NCBI GenBank assembly: GCA_049303795.1
Contig: JBAQNM010000006.1
Coordinates: 717-64,716, forward strand
DNA length: 64,000 nt
Reading direction: 5' to 3'
Origin: Candidatus Moraniibacteriota bacterium
Lineage (GTDB): Bacteria; Patescibacteriota; Minisyncoccia; Moranbacterales; UBA2206
Under the pieces are notes generated by a model, which saw nothing but the letters and a program-made list of their open reading frames with translations, did not search any database and had not been told where the DNA came from. Positions 1 through 9,475 of the stretch are shown here, piece by piece. Both the position numbers and the translations under genes were made by a program. Positions within the stretch are counted from its first letter, which is position 1, and the number at the start of each line of letters is the position of its first letter.

Positions 1-44
1 GCATAATAAAAACTTTGCCGTTTATGGCAAAGTTTTCAATGGAT

Positions 45-860
45 TTATTTTATAGGTGGCGGTGGCATATTTATCGCTTCTGGCGGTGGCAGTGGAAATC
101 CCCCAGGAAATTGCCCTCCTGGGCTTGGAAGTATCGGCGGAATAGCAGGAAATTGTCCGTTCCAATCATCAGGGAATTGCCTTATTGCAAAGGCATGCAT
201 TAAAAAATCACCGGTTTTTTCACCCATAACTCCAACCTTTTCACCAGCAACAATCTGGACGTCATCGAACATTTCGGTTTTTTGATCATAATATATTTTC
301 CAATTTTGATCATCAAAGCTTTTTAAATCGAAATTGTTTTGGTCAATGTTGATAATTTCTCCTCCGATTAGCCCGTCTCCCGGTCGCTGCCACCGCAATC
401 CTCCCGGTCCAGTTAATCTATTAAATCCAGGGGCATTTCTGTGAAAAAATCCGCCCATCCGATTGTCTATTCTAAGAACATGACTGAGCACTCCGAAAAT
501 TGAAATGACAAGCACCACCAAACTGGTTATAAAAAGAGTGCTACGGCGGTAACCCCTAACTGTTTTGCGAAAAGCCAGGATGCCAAAGATAAGTGCTGAT
601 AATGATAACGCCATCCAAAGATATGGCGCTGTAATAAAAAGAATAAAGATAAATTTTTGCAAGCCCAGATACCTTAAAAGATCAGGATTTATGTCTATAA
701 GATTAAAAAACGCCATTGACAATGATAAAGCCCCAAAAATAATCAAACAAATCATGATGACCCAAAAAAGATAGCTTTTCCACAGCAATTTAAACTTTGA
801 TTCAGGAATAATATGAGCCGTTTTGATTTTTTCTGTTATCAATTTTGAAAAGTCTTTCAT
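45..860 (-). CDS. Putative membrane-anchored anti-sigma factor. Short cytoplasmic N-terminus, about four TM helices, and a Pro/Gly-rich C-terminal tail. Start set at the internal ATG (MKDFSKL...).
   Basis: Sits immediately downstream of the ECF sigma gene (7-nt gap). Hydrophobic helices are seen in the ORF translation. Pro/Gly-rich tail is GGQFPGGFPLPPPEAINMPPPP. Function is inferred from context only. Confidence 0.35.
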   Translation of the reverse strand: MKDFSKLITEKIKTAHIIPESKFKLLWKSYLFWVIMICLIIFGALSLSMAFFNLIDINPDLLRYLGLQKFIFILFITAPYLWMALSLSALIFGILAFRKTVRGYRRSTLFITSLVVLVISIFGVLSHVLRIDNRMGGFFHRNAPGFNRLTGPGGLRWQRPGDGLIGGEIINIDQNNFDLKSFDDQNWKIYYDQKTEMFDDVQIVAGEKVGVMGEKTGDFLMHAFAIRQFPDDWNGQFPAIPPILPSPGGQFPGGFPLPPPEAINMPPPPIK

Positions 861-867
861 AAAAATA

Positions 868-1449
868 TTATTGTATATTAAATTTACTTTTAGCCTCATT
901 AAAAAGTATTTTTCGGCCGCGATTGATAAGCGCCGCAACTGTTCCTTTTGGTTTTTGAACGATATCCATTATTTCTTCATAATTTTTCTCCTCCAAAAAA
1001 CGCAGAATCATCACTTCCCGATATTTAAGCGGCAATGTCTTGATGATATCTTGCATCTTATTTAGCCTATCTTTCGTTTCTATACTGATCTGCATATCAT
1101 AATCAGATCGCAAAAACTTAATCAGATCGTCTTGCTCGAAGCATACTGTCGACGGACGGGTTTGTTTTTTTCGTATAGCATCAATGGTGGTATTTCTGGC
1201 AATCTGGTAAAGCCAGGTTGAAAATTTCAAATCTGTTTCAAATATATTCAAACTTTTATAGGTTTTGATAAAAGTCTCCTGAACAATATCTTCAATATCT
1301 TCAAGACAGAAAAATGAGATTCTCCTAACAAAACGAGTGAGTTTATCTTGATACCGAAGAACCAGCTCACCGAAAGCATCCGGATTACTTTTGGAATCCT
1401 CGACTAGCTCATTATCCGTCATTTTCTTGAATGATCCAGATGCATTCAT
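868..1449 (-). CDS. RNA polymerase sigma-70 factor, ECF subfamily
   Basis: 193 aa. Region-2-like segment (DIVQETFIKTYKSL...TWLYQIARNTTIDAIRKK) and region-4 HTH (ALINRGRKIL) typical of sigma-70/ECF factors. Confidence 0.85.
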   Translation of the reverse strand: MNASGSFKKMTDNELVEDSKSNPDAFGELVLRYQDKLTRFVRRISFFCLEDIEDIVQETFIKTYKSLNIFETDLKFSTWLYQIARNTTIDAIRKKQTRPSTVCFEQDDLIKFLRSDYDMQISIETKDRLNKMQDIIKTLPLKYREVMILRFLEEKNYEEIMDIVQKPKGTVAALINRGRKILFNEAKSKFNIQ

Positions 1450-1740
1450 TTACTTATACGAGAAAAAATTAATTTGTTTGTAGATCAGATTATTAATCGC
1501 AATTTATTGAATATTTTAATATTACCACACTTAAAAAATATGTGTAATTAAACATAAACAAAGACTTTCTTATTCAGCATTTGAATTCTGGACATTTTAA
1601 GAGTTTCATAGCCTAATATGTTTTTATGCCTTCGCCAGTTTGAATCTCTTTCTCTAGTACCTGATTTTGAGAAAAACTGGATTAAAAAAATGGCTTTAAT
1701 AAGAGAGAATTAGTCTTACTCAAACCATTTTACTTGATGC

Positions 1741-1863
1741 GGAGAGAGAGGGATTTGGTCACGCATAAGTTTTCTTGCGAAAATTTGCTCGACCCCAACT
1801 CGCGCCGTCGCGCTCCGTCTTTCAAATCCCTCCGCAAGCCAAATCGTTGGCTTGCTTCTCTCC
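1741..1863 (-). tRNA. Atypical 123-nt tRNA-like element (possible disrupted, intron-containing or pseudo long-arm tRNA). Shares the 5' GGAGAG and 3' CAAATCCCTCTCTCTCCG ends with the adjacent tRNA-Ser.
   Basis: Reverse complement begins GGAGAGAAGCAAGCC... and ends ...GACCAAATCCCTCTCTCTCC. A 7-bp acceptor stem can be drawn. The internal GC hairpin CGCG-ACGG-CGCG resembles a variable arm. No canonical T-loop (no TTCRANT) and no clean anticodon stem were found by eye. Confidence 0.3.
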
Positions 1864-1880
1864 TTATTCACTTTGTTCAC

Positions 1881-1969
1881 GGCGGAGAGAGAGGGATTTG
1901 AACCCTCGAAGCCGGTTAAAGCTTGCCACCTTTCCAAGGTGGTGCACTAGACCACTATGCGACCTCTCC
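1881..1969 (-). tRNA. tRNA-Ser (anticodon GGA), long variable arm
   Basis: RC reads GGAGAGGTCGCATAGTGGTCTAGTGCACCACCTTGGAAAGGTGGCAAGCTTTAACCGGCTTCGAGGGTTCAAATCCCTCTCTCTCCGCC. Anticodon stem CCACC/GGTGG with loop TTGGAAA. T-arm GAGGG-TTCAAAT-CCCTC. 7-bp acceptor stem. Confidence 0.8.
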
Positions 1970-2008
1970 AAATTGTGAAACGTGATATTAACGTTTCACA
2001 ATAACATA

Positions 2009-3421
2009 CTATATATTTCTTATTCCGACAAGTCTCATTTTTTCACCTCCAGGAAACCTGCCTAAGATAACAACTACACTATCCCCTTCACTTAATTCTT
2101 TTCTCTCTTTTAATTCATCAACCATTGAATCGATTAATTCTTCCAATTTATCTTCCCTAGGAAATAAAAATGAATTTACACCCCAAACCATCGCCAATTG
2201 ATTATATGTTTTTTCGCTATTCGTAGCCACAAAAATAGTTTTTTCAGAACGTCCATGAGCTAATTTTCTAGCCGTAAAACCAGACTGACTAATAACTAAA
2301 ATTGCCTTAGTATCAGAATTTTTAGCCAAATCATGCGCACTACAAATAATTGCCATATATTCCTCCATTGGATTTCCATAACCACAATGTGGGCAACGAT
2401 TATCAAAAGGTGAATCTTCTGTGTCTATAATTATTTTTGCCATTGTTTCAACTGAAGCTACTGGGTATTCACCATTGGCAGATTCTCCTGAAAGCATTAC
2501 GGCGTCAGCATGATCAATTACAGCGTTTGAAACGTCGGAAACCTCTGCTCGTGTTGGAATAGGATTCTTGATCATTGAATCGAGCATCTGTGTTGCCACA
2601 ATCACAGGACGTGTTGCTGTTAGACATTTAGCAATAATTTGTTTTTGATAAAGCACCACTTTTGTTTCATCAAGTTCAATACCTAAATCTCCTCTAGCTA
2701 TCATAATCACATCGGAAGCTGAAATTATTTCATCAATATTTTTAAGCGCCTCTTTTCTTTCCACTTTTGCAACAATTTGGGGTAATTCAATTTCGCGTCC
2801 CAAGATGCTCTTTATTTTTTCTCTTGTTTCCTCAATTTCTTTTCCATTAGAAACAAAAGATAAAGCAATAAAATCCACTTCTTGAGAAAGAGCATATTCC
2901 AAATCTGCCTCATCTTTTTCTGTCACAGCGCCAAATTGCAACTCTGTATCAGGCATATTAACCCCTTTTCTCGGTTTAATTTTTCCTCCGCTGATCACCT
3001 CCGCCTTAATAATATCAGCTATTTTCTCGATTATTTTTACTTCCATTAATCCATCCTCAATCAATATTCTTTCTCCCACTTTCAAAGAATTACAAACTCC
3101 ATCAGAATCAATAACTAATTCTTTCTCATCTTCCTGCATTTTTTTATCACTAACAAAAATAATTTCACCTTTTTCAACAGAAAATTCTTCTTCATTTCCA
3201 ACACGAATTCGTGGTCCCTGCAAGTCAACCATGATGCCCAGACTAATATTCAATTCTGAACGCAACTCCTTTAAATTATTTATCAATTCTCCATTCGAGG
3301 AGTAATCTCCATGAGAAAAATTAATACGAGCAACATTCAATCCAGCTTGAATCATTTTTCGTAAAATATCTTTTGATTTAGAGGCGGGACCAATAGTTGC
3401 AACGATTTTTGTTTTTTTCAT
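2009..3421 (-). CDS. pyk: Pyruvate kinase
   Basis: 470 aa. N-terminus MKKTKIVATIGPASKSKDILRKMIQAGLNVARINFSHGDY and later MVARGDLGIE are canonical pyruvate kinase motifs. Confidence 0.95.
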   Translation of the reverse strand: MKKTKIVATIGPASKSKDILRKMIQAGLNVARINFSHGDYSSNGELINNLKELRSELNISLGIMVDLQGPRIRVGNEEEFSVEKGEIIFVSDKKMQEDEKELVIDSDGVCNSLKVGERILIEDGLMEVKIIEKIADIIKAEVISGGKIKPRKGVNMPDTELQFGAVTEKDEADLEYALSQEVDFIALSFVSNGKEIEETREKIKSILGREIELPQIVAKVERKEALKNIDEIISASDVIMIARGDLGIELDETKVVLYQKQIIAKCLTATRPVIVATQMLDSMIKNPIPTRAEVSDVSNAVIDHADAVMLSGESANGEYPVASVETMAKIIIDTEDSPFDNRCPHCGYGNPMEEYMAIICSAHDLAKNSDTKAILVISQSGFTARKLAHGRSEKTIFVATNSEKTYNQLAMVWGVNSFLFPREDKLEELIDSMVDELKERKELSEGDSVVVILGRFPGGEKMRLVGIRNI

Positions 3422-3533
3422 AAATTTTAATTTTCCTTTTAATTATAACTTAATCTATATTCCCATAATACAATAAAATAAGCAATCCTTTCAAGGACTG
3501 CTCATTTTTATCTATTTTCAAATTTAAAAGGTA

Positions 3534-4058
3534 TTAATTTTTATACATATCTTTCATTTGAAATAGAACATACCAACCAATAATTGCCCCAATAATACCA
3601 CCAATAATGCCGTGAATAGAAATGATACTTCCAATCAGGCTAACAATACTAACATAAAAAAGCAATCGCCAAGCACTTTTAGTTCGCTTAAACAAACCGG
3701 GTACAGCCATTAATTCCATTACAATAGTAATGACCGCAATGATTAGTGAAATAATAGCCCCGAATCCCCAACCGAATCCATATCCAAGCCCATATCCGCC
3801 CATCATTGCAAATGGCGTAAGAATTGCAGTGAGACCCATGGCTGCCAAAATAATCGGAAGGAGCATGATAGCAGAAAGAATAATCAGGTATGGTGAGACA
3901 GCAGCGATAAATTCCTTAGCTCCCAATGGCAAAGCAAACGGGGCTTTTTTAACCATATATTCTTCCAGAAATGATTCGAATTTATTCAATTCACCTTTAA
4001 AATCTGCCGCATTAGATTTTCCCTTATTTACTTGATCTTCATTTTTTTGTTCGTTCAT
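3534..4058 (-). CDS. Hypothetical small membrane protein with a glycine-zipper (GYGLGYGFGWGFG) segment
   Basis: 174 aa. Several hydrophobic helices and a Gly-repeat TM motif. No family recognised. Confidence 0.45.
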   Translation of the reverse strand: MNEQKNEDQVNKGKSNAADFKGELNKFESFLEEYMVKKAPFALPLGAKEFIAAVSPYLIILSAIMLLPIILAAMGLTAILTPFAMMGGYGLGYGFGWGFGAIISLIIAVITIVMELMAVPGLFKRTKSAWRLLFYVSIVSLIGSIISIHGIIGGIIGAIIGWYVLFQMKDMYKN

Positions 4059-4157
4059 ATTACACCTCCAATCTATTTTTATATTCTTAAGAGATTCCTT
4101 TTCCTCTTAATCCTATCTTAGCATGATTTATAAATTCCACAACTAACGATATAGCTA

Positions 4158-4892
4158 CTATTTTTTTGCGATTTTCCAAAGCAATTTAAAATAGCTCAGA
4201 TAAGCATCATGAATATCTTGACTGTCCATTTGAATAGCAAATATTTCCTTGCCGAAAGAAATTAATGTGACGCAATTATGCCAAATTTGAATTGAAATTG
4301 GAGTTGTGTGCTCTTGTCTCAAAAATCTGCATTCTCTATTTATTCTCTTAAGATTTATAGCTTCTTTTCTATATGCTTCACTAAATAATAATTTTGATTT
4401 TATATTTTTGTCTTGTCGCAGCTTATTGCTTTTCTCGAGAATTCCTCCAACTTCCAACATCTTAGTATGCTCCTCTGCTAAACAAGCCAAGATATATATT
4501 TCACTATTGGCTGGCATTTTTTCGTCATTTCGCAAAATAAGTTCGCGATAAGCCTGCGCCCCTTCATAAATTTTTATCTCCTGTCTGTTTGTCTGCCCTC
4601 CGAGTTTTTGATTAATTTCTTTTATAAGATTTTTAGCAATTTGTTCTTTAGTTTTTATATTATCAAAAATATTATCCGGATTAGAAATTTTATAATGATT
4701 GCGTCGTCCTTTTACCACGCCAATTACCATATTTTTTTCTATAAGACCCTTTAAGGCATCATAAATGACCTGACGATGTATTTTCAGTCTTTCAATTATC
4801 GGTCCAACTGTAACCTCCCCAACTTCAAGAAGGGTTTTATAAACTTTTATTTCATTATTAGTCAAACCAAGTTGTTTTAGTTCATTTTCCAT
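4158..4892 (-). CDS. TrmB-like winged-helix transcriptional regulator, paralog 1 of 9
   Basis: N-terminal LGLTNNEIKVYKTLLEVGEVTVGPIIERLKIHRQVIYDALKGL matches the TrmB-type wHTH. About 245 aa. C-terminus ends ...YFKLLWKIAKK, as in the other paralogs. Confidence 0.6.
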   Translation of the reverse strand: MENELKQLGLTNNEIKVYKTLLEVGEVTVGPIIERLKIHRQVIYDALKGLIEKNMVIGVVKGRRNHYKISNPDNIFDNIKTKEQIAKNLIKEINQKLGGQTNRQEIKIYEGAQAYRELILRNDEKMPANSEIYILACLAEEHTKMLEVGGILEKSNKLRQDKNIKSKLLFSEAYRKEAINLKRINRECRFLRQEHTTPISIQIWHNCVTLISFGKEIFAIQMDSQDIHDAYLSYFKLLWKIAKK

Positions 4893-5089
4893 TTTTTCTT
4901 GATGTCAGTTTAAAAATGACACCTAATTATTTTTTGGTTAATTATAGACCTATACTAGCGCAGTTTTTAACTGATGTCAAGTTTTGTCATCGGTTTTTTG
5001 TTGACAATATTTTTAAGATATGCTACTTTTCGCTGTTATTTACAACGCTAGATAGCTTACTTTAACAATCTAATAAAGGAAAATTAATC

Positions 5090-5431
5090 ATGACAACATC
5101 AGCTATGTTAAAAATCCATTTCCCTTACGTAAAAATTAACACCTTAAACAATTTAAATGAATTCTTAAAAAGTGAGGAAAATAAAATCCCTAATAATTTA
5201 TGTAGAGGTGGAGGAGGAGATCGCTATTATTTTTGTATTATTGAAAAAATCTCCTTATCTATGGTGTGTGATGAGTCTAAAGATATAGCCTTAGCAATAA
5301 CTTTGACACTAGTCGATGGCTATCACAGTAATATTTTTAAGGATGGCTTTTATCAATATGTGTCTGTTCGTGATAATTTTTTTAAAAAAATATCCGAAAT
5401 TATTGGTGACGACCATCCACTACGGGACTAA
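5090..5431 (+). CDS. Hypothetical protein (113 aa), divergent from TrmB-like paralog 1
   Basis: ORF with upstream AAAGGA-type RBS, followed by a strong terminator. No recognisable domain. Confidence 0.4.
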   Translation: MTTSAMLKIHFPYVKINTLNNLNEFLKSEENKIPNNLCRGGGGDRYYFCIIEKISLSMVCDESKDIALAITLTLVDGYHSNIFKDGFYQYVSVRDNFFKKISEIIGDDHPLRD

Positions 5432-5461
5432 TTAATAAAACTACAACATTAACTTACACAA

Positions 5462-5495
5462 AAGGACGAGAATTATCTCGTCCTTATTTTTTTAT
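5462..5495. terminator. Bidirectional rho-independent terminator (AAGGACGAGA-atta-TCTCGTCCTT followed by a T-run)
   Basis: Perfect 10-bp stem plus TTATTTTTTT. Lies between convergent genes 5090..5431(+) and htpX(-). Confidence 0.7.
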
Positions 5496-5511
5496 CTAAA
5501 GATTAGAGTTA

Positions 5512-6408
5512 TTACACATCCATCCCTCTTAACGCCTTTATTCTCTCTTCAATTGGTGGGTGGGTCATAAACATCTTCATCATTTTTTTTCCCTTGAAAG
5601 GATTGGCGATAAAGAGATGGGCGGTGGCGCGGTTAGCGGCTTCGAGTGGCTCCGTATCTTGAGAAATTTTTTCCAAAGCTTTTGCCAACCCTTCTGGATA
5701 GCGAGTGAGAAGTGCGCCTGAAGCATCCGCCAAAAATTCACGTTTACGAGAAATTGCCAATTGCATTAGCATGGCCGCAATAGGCGCTAAAATAGAAAGA
5801 ATGATTGCTACAATTATGAGAATCATTCGCAATTGTCCACCTTCACTGTTATTGTCTCTCGAGCGTCCTCCAAAAAAAGCCCAGTGACGAAACCAATCTG
5901 CCAAAAGTGTCACGAATCCCACCAGAATCACGATCACGGTTGAAAGTAAAATGTCGCGATTGCCAATATGTGATAACTCATGCGCAATCACGCCCTCAAT
6001 TTCCGTTTTTTCTAATCGTGAAATTATCCCAGTAGTGAGACAAATTACTCCATGCTGTGGATCACGGCCTGTGGCAAAAGCATTCATCGCTGAATCTTGG
6101 ATTATATATATTTTTGGCACTGGTAGTCCCGCCGTAATGCAAAGATTTTCCACAAGATGATAAATTTCCGGATTTTCAGAATGCTTTACCTCCTTGGCAG
6201 AACTCATCGCTAAAACTATTTTGTCACTCCACCAATATGAACCAAGACTCATAAGTGTTGAAAAAATAACTGCTCCATATAAAATTGCACTATTCCCCAT
6301 CGCCTGAGCAAAAACATAGCCCACACCAATAACAAAAATTAAAAAACCAGAAATATAAATCCAGGTAAGTCGAGTATTTCTATCTGATTGATCATATAAA
6401 GTCGCCAT
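5512..6408 (-). CDS. htpX: Zinc metalloprotease HtpX (peptidase M48)
   Basis: HELSHIGNRD (HExxH) motif and TM helices. The C-terminal FMTHPPIEERIKAL motif is typical of HtpX. Confidence 0.9.
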   Translation of the reverse strand: MATLYDQSDRNTRLTWIYISGFLIFVIGVGYVFAQAMGNSAILYGAVIFSTLMSLGSYWWSDKIVLAMSSAKEVKHSENPEIYHLVENLCITAGLPVPKIYIIQDSAMNAFATGRDPQHGVICLTTGIISRLEKTEIEGVIAHELSHIGNRDILLSTVIVILVGFVTLLADWFRHWAFFGGRSRDNNSEGGQLRMILIIVAIILSILAPIAAMLMQLAISRKREFLADASGALLTRYPEGLAKALEKISQDTEPLEAANRATAHLFIANPFKGKKMMKMFMTHPPIEERIKALRGMDV

Positions 6409-6423
6409 AAGAATATAATACCA

Positions 6424-7482
6424 CTAATTATTTAAAATTGTAAACTTTCCACCCATAATCGCCTTTTTTTCCTCGTTTTCAGGAATAAAATGCTGGGACA
6501 ATCGCTCAAAAATCAAATTCCTCTTCTGTTCATCAGCTAGAATTAATTGACCTTGTGAATTAAGATGAAGCACTTCTAGATAAAAATCAATTTTTTCCTT
6601 GGAAAGCGAGACTCCAACAGCCAACCTATTTTTAACATCCTCAGAAAAATATTGATCAAACACAAAATTCCCCAAAGAATAAAAAATAGCCTTATTTTTA
6701 TAAATTTCTATTGGTTGAATCACATGTGGATGCGATCCAATAATCAAATCCGCCCCACTATCAACAAAAAGATGGGCTAAATTCCTTTGTTTTTCATTTT
6801 CCACTGTCTCATATTCTTCTCCCCAATGTGTGTAGACAATCACAAAAGAAACTTGTTTTTTTATTTCTTTTATTTTCTGAATTACTTTATCAGATGTTAT
6901 TTTGGAAAATTGATTATAATTAACAAACCCAATTTTAATTCCGTTTATTTCTTTGATTAAAAAGTTATTCTCATCCATAGGACTACCGAAATAATCCACT
7001 CCAAAACTTTTTAAATTAGTTTCTGTCTCCAAGAGCCCTTCTTCCTTAAAATTAAGTGTATGATTATTACCAAGACTAACTAAATTAATTCGATTTCCCC
7101 CCAAGAATGCTTTTGTTGTCTTTGGGTCAAAAGTGAAAATAAAATGATTTTTTTCTGTTTGTAAAGCGTTAGAAGAAACAGAATTTTGAGAAGTAACTGG
7201 TCCTTCAAGATTAGTTACGATCACATCCTTTTTCAAAAAAATTTGTCGGACATTCTCAGTCAAAAAATCAACCCCCTTTCTTTGGACAATATTTCTAATA
7301 TAACGATCCAACATACTATCTCCTAAAAAAAGTATTTCAACAGTTTCTTCATTTATACTATTAAAAGAAACAACCCCTAACGAGGTTGTTTCTTTTTGAG
7401 AATAGGCAACTAAGCCGGTTCTTATTATTAAAATAAGTATAAATACAATAAACAGACCAGGAATAATAAATTGCTTTTTCAT
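6424..7482 (-). CDS. CapA/PgsA-family metallophosphoesterase (poly-gamma-glutamate synthesis-like)
   Basis: N-terminal TM anchor. FLGDSMLDR, GNNH and DLIIGSHPHVIQPIE motifs are typical of the CapA family. Confidence 0.7.
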   Translation of the reverse strand: MKKQFIIPGLFIVFILILIIRTGLVAYSQKETTSLGVVSFNSINEETVEILFLGDSMLDRYIRNIVQRKGVDFLTENVRQIFLKKDVIVTNLEGPVTSQNSVSSNALQTEKNHFIFTFDPKTTKAFLGGNRINLVSLGNNHTLNFKEEGLLETETNLKSFGVDYFGSPMDENNFLIKEINGIKIGFVNYNQFSKITSDKVIQKIKEIKKQVSFVIVYTHWGEEYETVENEKQRNLAHLFVDSGADLIIGSHPHVIQPIEIYKNKAIFYSLGNFVFDQYFSEDVKNRLAVGVSLSKEKIDFYLEVLHLNSQGQLILADEQKRNLIFERLSQHFIPENEEKKAIMGGKFTILNN

Positions 7483-7490
7483 TATTCTAC

Positions 7491-8042
7491 TTAGAATTCC
7501 ACCTTTACCACTTCCTTTTCTTTTTCATCTGCCTCAAAGAATTCTCTTTTAACAAAATTCAACATTCCAGCAATCATATTGGTTGGGAAAACCTCAATTT
7601 TTGTATTAAAGTCACGAACGTTGCCATTGTAAAATCTTCTGGAAGCCATGATCTTATCTTCAGTATCAGTTAATTCTCTTTGCAATTCTAGAAAGTTTTG
7701 ATTAGCCTTGAGTTCTGGATAGTTTTCTGAAACAGCAAATAACGACTTCAGTGTTCCACTAAGCATATTTTCTGCATCTGCTTTTTCTTGAGTTGAACCA
7801 GCATTCATTGCTCGCGTTCGTGCCTCCGTTACCTTTTCAAACACTTCTTTCTCGTGTGCTGCATAACCTTTAACGGTATTTATCAAATTAGGAATCAAAT
7901 CATAGCGTCTTTTAAGTTGAACATCGATATCGCTCCAAGCTTCATCTACTCTATTTTTTAGAGTAATTAACCCATTATACATTGCAATTATCCAGACTGC
8001 GATAACCACAATAATTCCGAGTAAAACTAATCCTACTACCAT
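7491..8042 (-). CDS. lemA: LemA family protein
   Basis: N-terminal TM followed by the LemA signature (NGLITLKNRVDEAWSDIDVQLKRRYDLIPNLINTVKGYAAHEKEV...). Confidence 0.85.
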   Translation of the reverse strand: MVVGLVLLGIIVVIAVWIIAMYNGLITLKNRVDEAWSDIDVQLKRRYDLIPNLINTVKGYAAHEKEVFEKVTEARTRAMNAGSTQEKADAENMLSGTLKSLFAVSENYPELKANQNFLELQRELTDTEDKIMASRRFYNGNVRDFNTKIEVFPTNMIAGMLNFVKREFFEADEKEKEVVKVEF

Positions 8043-8190
8043 ATATTTTTAAATTAATTAATTATACCCAAATCATAGCAGATTTTATTTATCATGTAAA
8101 ATACAAGAATTACCATCAAAATTTAAATAAATTTATACAAACAAAAAAACTATGCTATAATTTTGTAGTAAGAAAATAATAATAATTTAT

Positions 8191-8631
8191 ATGGATATTT
8201 TAAGGCCCTACTACATCTTTCTGATTCCAATGCTCGTTGGCGGTATCGTGCAAACAATCAAATTCATCGTGTATTCATTAAAACATGGTTGGAACATCCA
8301 ATACGCCATGACACACGGCCATATGCCAAGTGCTCATACTGGCTTTATCGTTTCACTTGTCACTTCAATTGGATATTATGATGGCGTGAACACTGGCGCT
8401 TTTGCCGTTGCAGTCGCACTCGCAATTATCGTAATCGACGACGCCGCCCGCCTTCGTATGTATATGGGTGATCAAGGCCGTTATCTCAATATGCTTATCC
8501 GTCAACTTAATATCAATGAGGAACAATTCCCAAGACTACAAGAAAGAGTTGGACACCGCATCAGTGAAGTGATTGTTGGGGGAATTTTAGGGTTTATTTT
8601 AACTTTGCTTATCGCAAGAATTCTTGGATAA
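8191..8631 (+). CDS. Divergent PAP2-family membrane protein (DUF212/YuiD-like)
   Basis: 146 aa. The GMPSAHTGFIVSL...DDAARLR pattern is typical of acid-phosphatase-related DUF212. Confidence 0.55.
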   Translation: MDILRPYYIFLIPMLVGGIVQTIKFIVYSLKHGWNIQYAMTHGHMPSAHTGFIVSLVTSIGYYDGVNTGAFAVAVALAIIVIDDAARLRMYMGDQGRYLNMLIRQLNINEEQFPRLQERVGHRISEVIVGGILGFILTLLIARILG

Positions 8632-8727
8632 AATTTGTTTTCTTTTTTATGAAAAAAACGGGCACTCTTTTGAGTAAATCCCGTTTTTTATTTTCAGGTT
8701 TTATTAAATTGTTAAAAATATTTTTCT

Positions 8728-9003
8728 CTAAATTTTTTTTCTGATCGCATAAAATTTTAGCGTCACCCTTCTTAGCAATGGCATCTTGAAAACATGGGCA
8801 TTAAAGCGAGGATTGATTTTATTTATTTGATCGCAGCACATTCTCGCAAATTTTTTTTTATTAAAATTTGCGATTCTGGTCCCGCCTACTATTTCGCCGC
8901 TTTCTTCATCAAAAAGATCAGCAAAAACCGCATAACGAAAGACTTTACCCCATTTAACTGCACCCTTAAATTCCAATCCTATTTCTGATTTAAATTTTTT
9001 CAT
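8728..9003 (-). CDS. Hypothetical protein (91 aa)
   Basis: ORF overlaps the upstream gene by ATGA (9000-9003), forming a two-gene operon divergent from TrmB-like paralog 2. Confidence 0.35.
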   Translation of the reverse strand: MKKFKSEIGLEFKGAVKWGKVFRYAVFADLFDEESGEIVGGTRIANFNKKKFARMCCDQINKINPRFNAHVFKMPLLRRVTLKFYAIRKKI

Positions 9004-9359
9004 TCTTCCGCCCCCTCGGGAATTTTCACCGCCAAAACATCAATACACCTAGTAGCTTCTCTGTCAGACAACTTATTCCTCAAAAAAATCATATTATTGC
9101 GATTATGCGAAAGAATTTCAACTGAATCGATGATCATTTCATCATAGATTATCTCTTCTTTTAGCCTATCAAAATATGAAATAAAAACAGTTTGCCCGAG
9201 ACGGCCCTGGAAAATATTTGTTATTTTTTTCGCCAAATCTTCAATTTGTTCATCGTACATCTCAAACACCAGTCTTGATGATCCACCACCTTTTATTTGC
9301 TCTAGCCTCCACCACATAATCTTGCACAATTCTGCAAAAAAATTATAAGTTTTCATCAC
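9000..9359 (-). CDS. Hypothetical protein (119 aa)
   Basis: ORF only; translationally coupled to 8728..9003. Confidence 0.35.
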   Translation of the reverse strand: MMKTYNFFAELCKIMWWRLEQIKGGGSSRLVFEMYDEQIEDLAKKITNIFQGRLGQTVFISYFDRLKEEIIYDEMIIDSVEILSHNRNNMIFLRNKLSDREATRCIDVLAVKIPEGAEE

Positions 9360-9417
9360 TCTCTCCTATCACCTTTTATTAAATTGTTTAAAGAACTTAC
9401 CATTATCCATCCACATA

Positions 9418-9446
9418 TTGACATTAGTAATATTTTGTAATATTGT
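9418..9446 (+). promoter_or_regulatory. Putative sigma-70 promoter for paralog 2 (TTGACA - 17 nt - TATTGT)
   Basis: Perfect -35 hexamer at 9418-9423. 17-nt spacer. AT-rich -10. Confidence 0.4.
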
Positions 9447-9475
9447 AAATACTGTCGTAACATTTCCACAACATT

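Noticed and set aside
15-203. 62-aa Trp/Arg-rich ORF at the window start
   Set aside because: Lies entirely antisense within the Pro/Gly-rich 3' end of the putative anti-sigma gene. Its composition reflects the complementary strand of a Pro/Gly-rich coding region. No RBS.
1716-1978. ORFs 1716-1937(-) and 1775-1978(+)
   Set aside because: They overlap the tRNA-Ser gene and the tRNA-like element. Their translation reflects tRNA sequence, not coding potential.
3730-4035. Antisense ORFs inside annotated genes (e.g. 3730-4035, 4306-4551, 5705-6160, 11236-11502, 11956-12438, 13895-14206, 14964-15594, 16571-17017, 33752-33985, 40750-41312, 50333-51373)
   Set aside because: Each is fully embedded antisense or out-of-frame within a longer ORF that has clear homology-type motifs. 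They are typical spurious ORFs in AT-rich or repetitive coding sequence.
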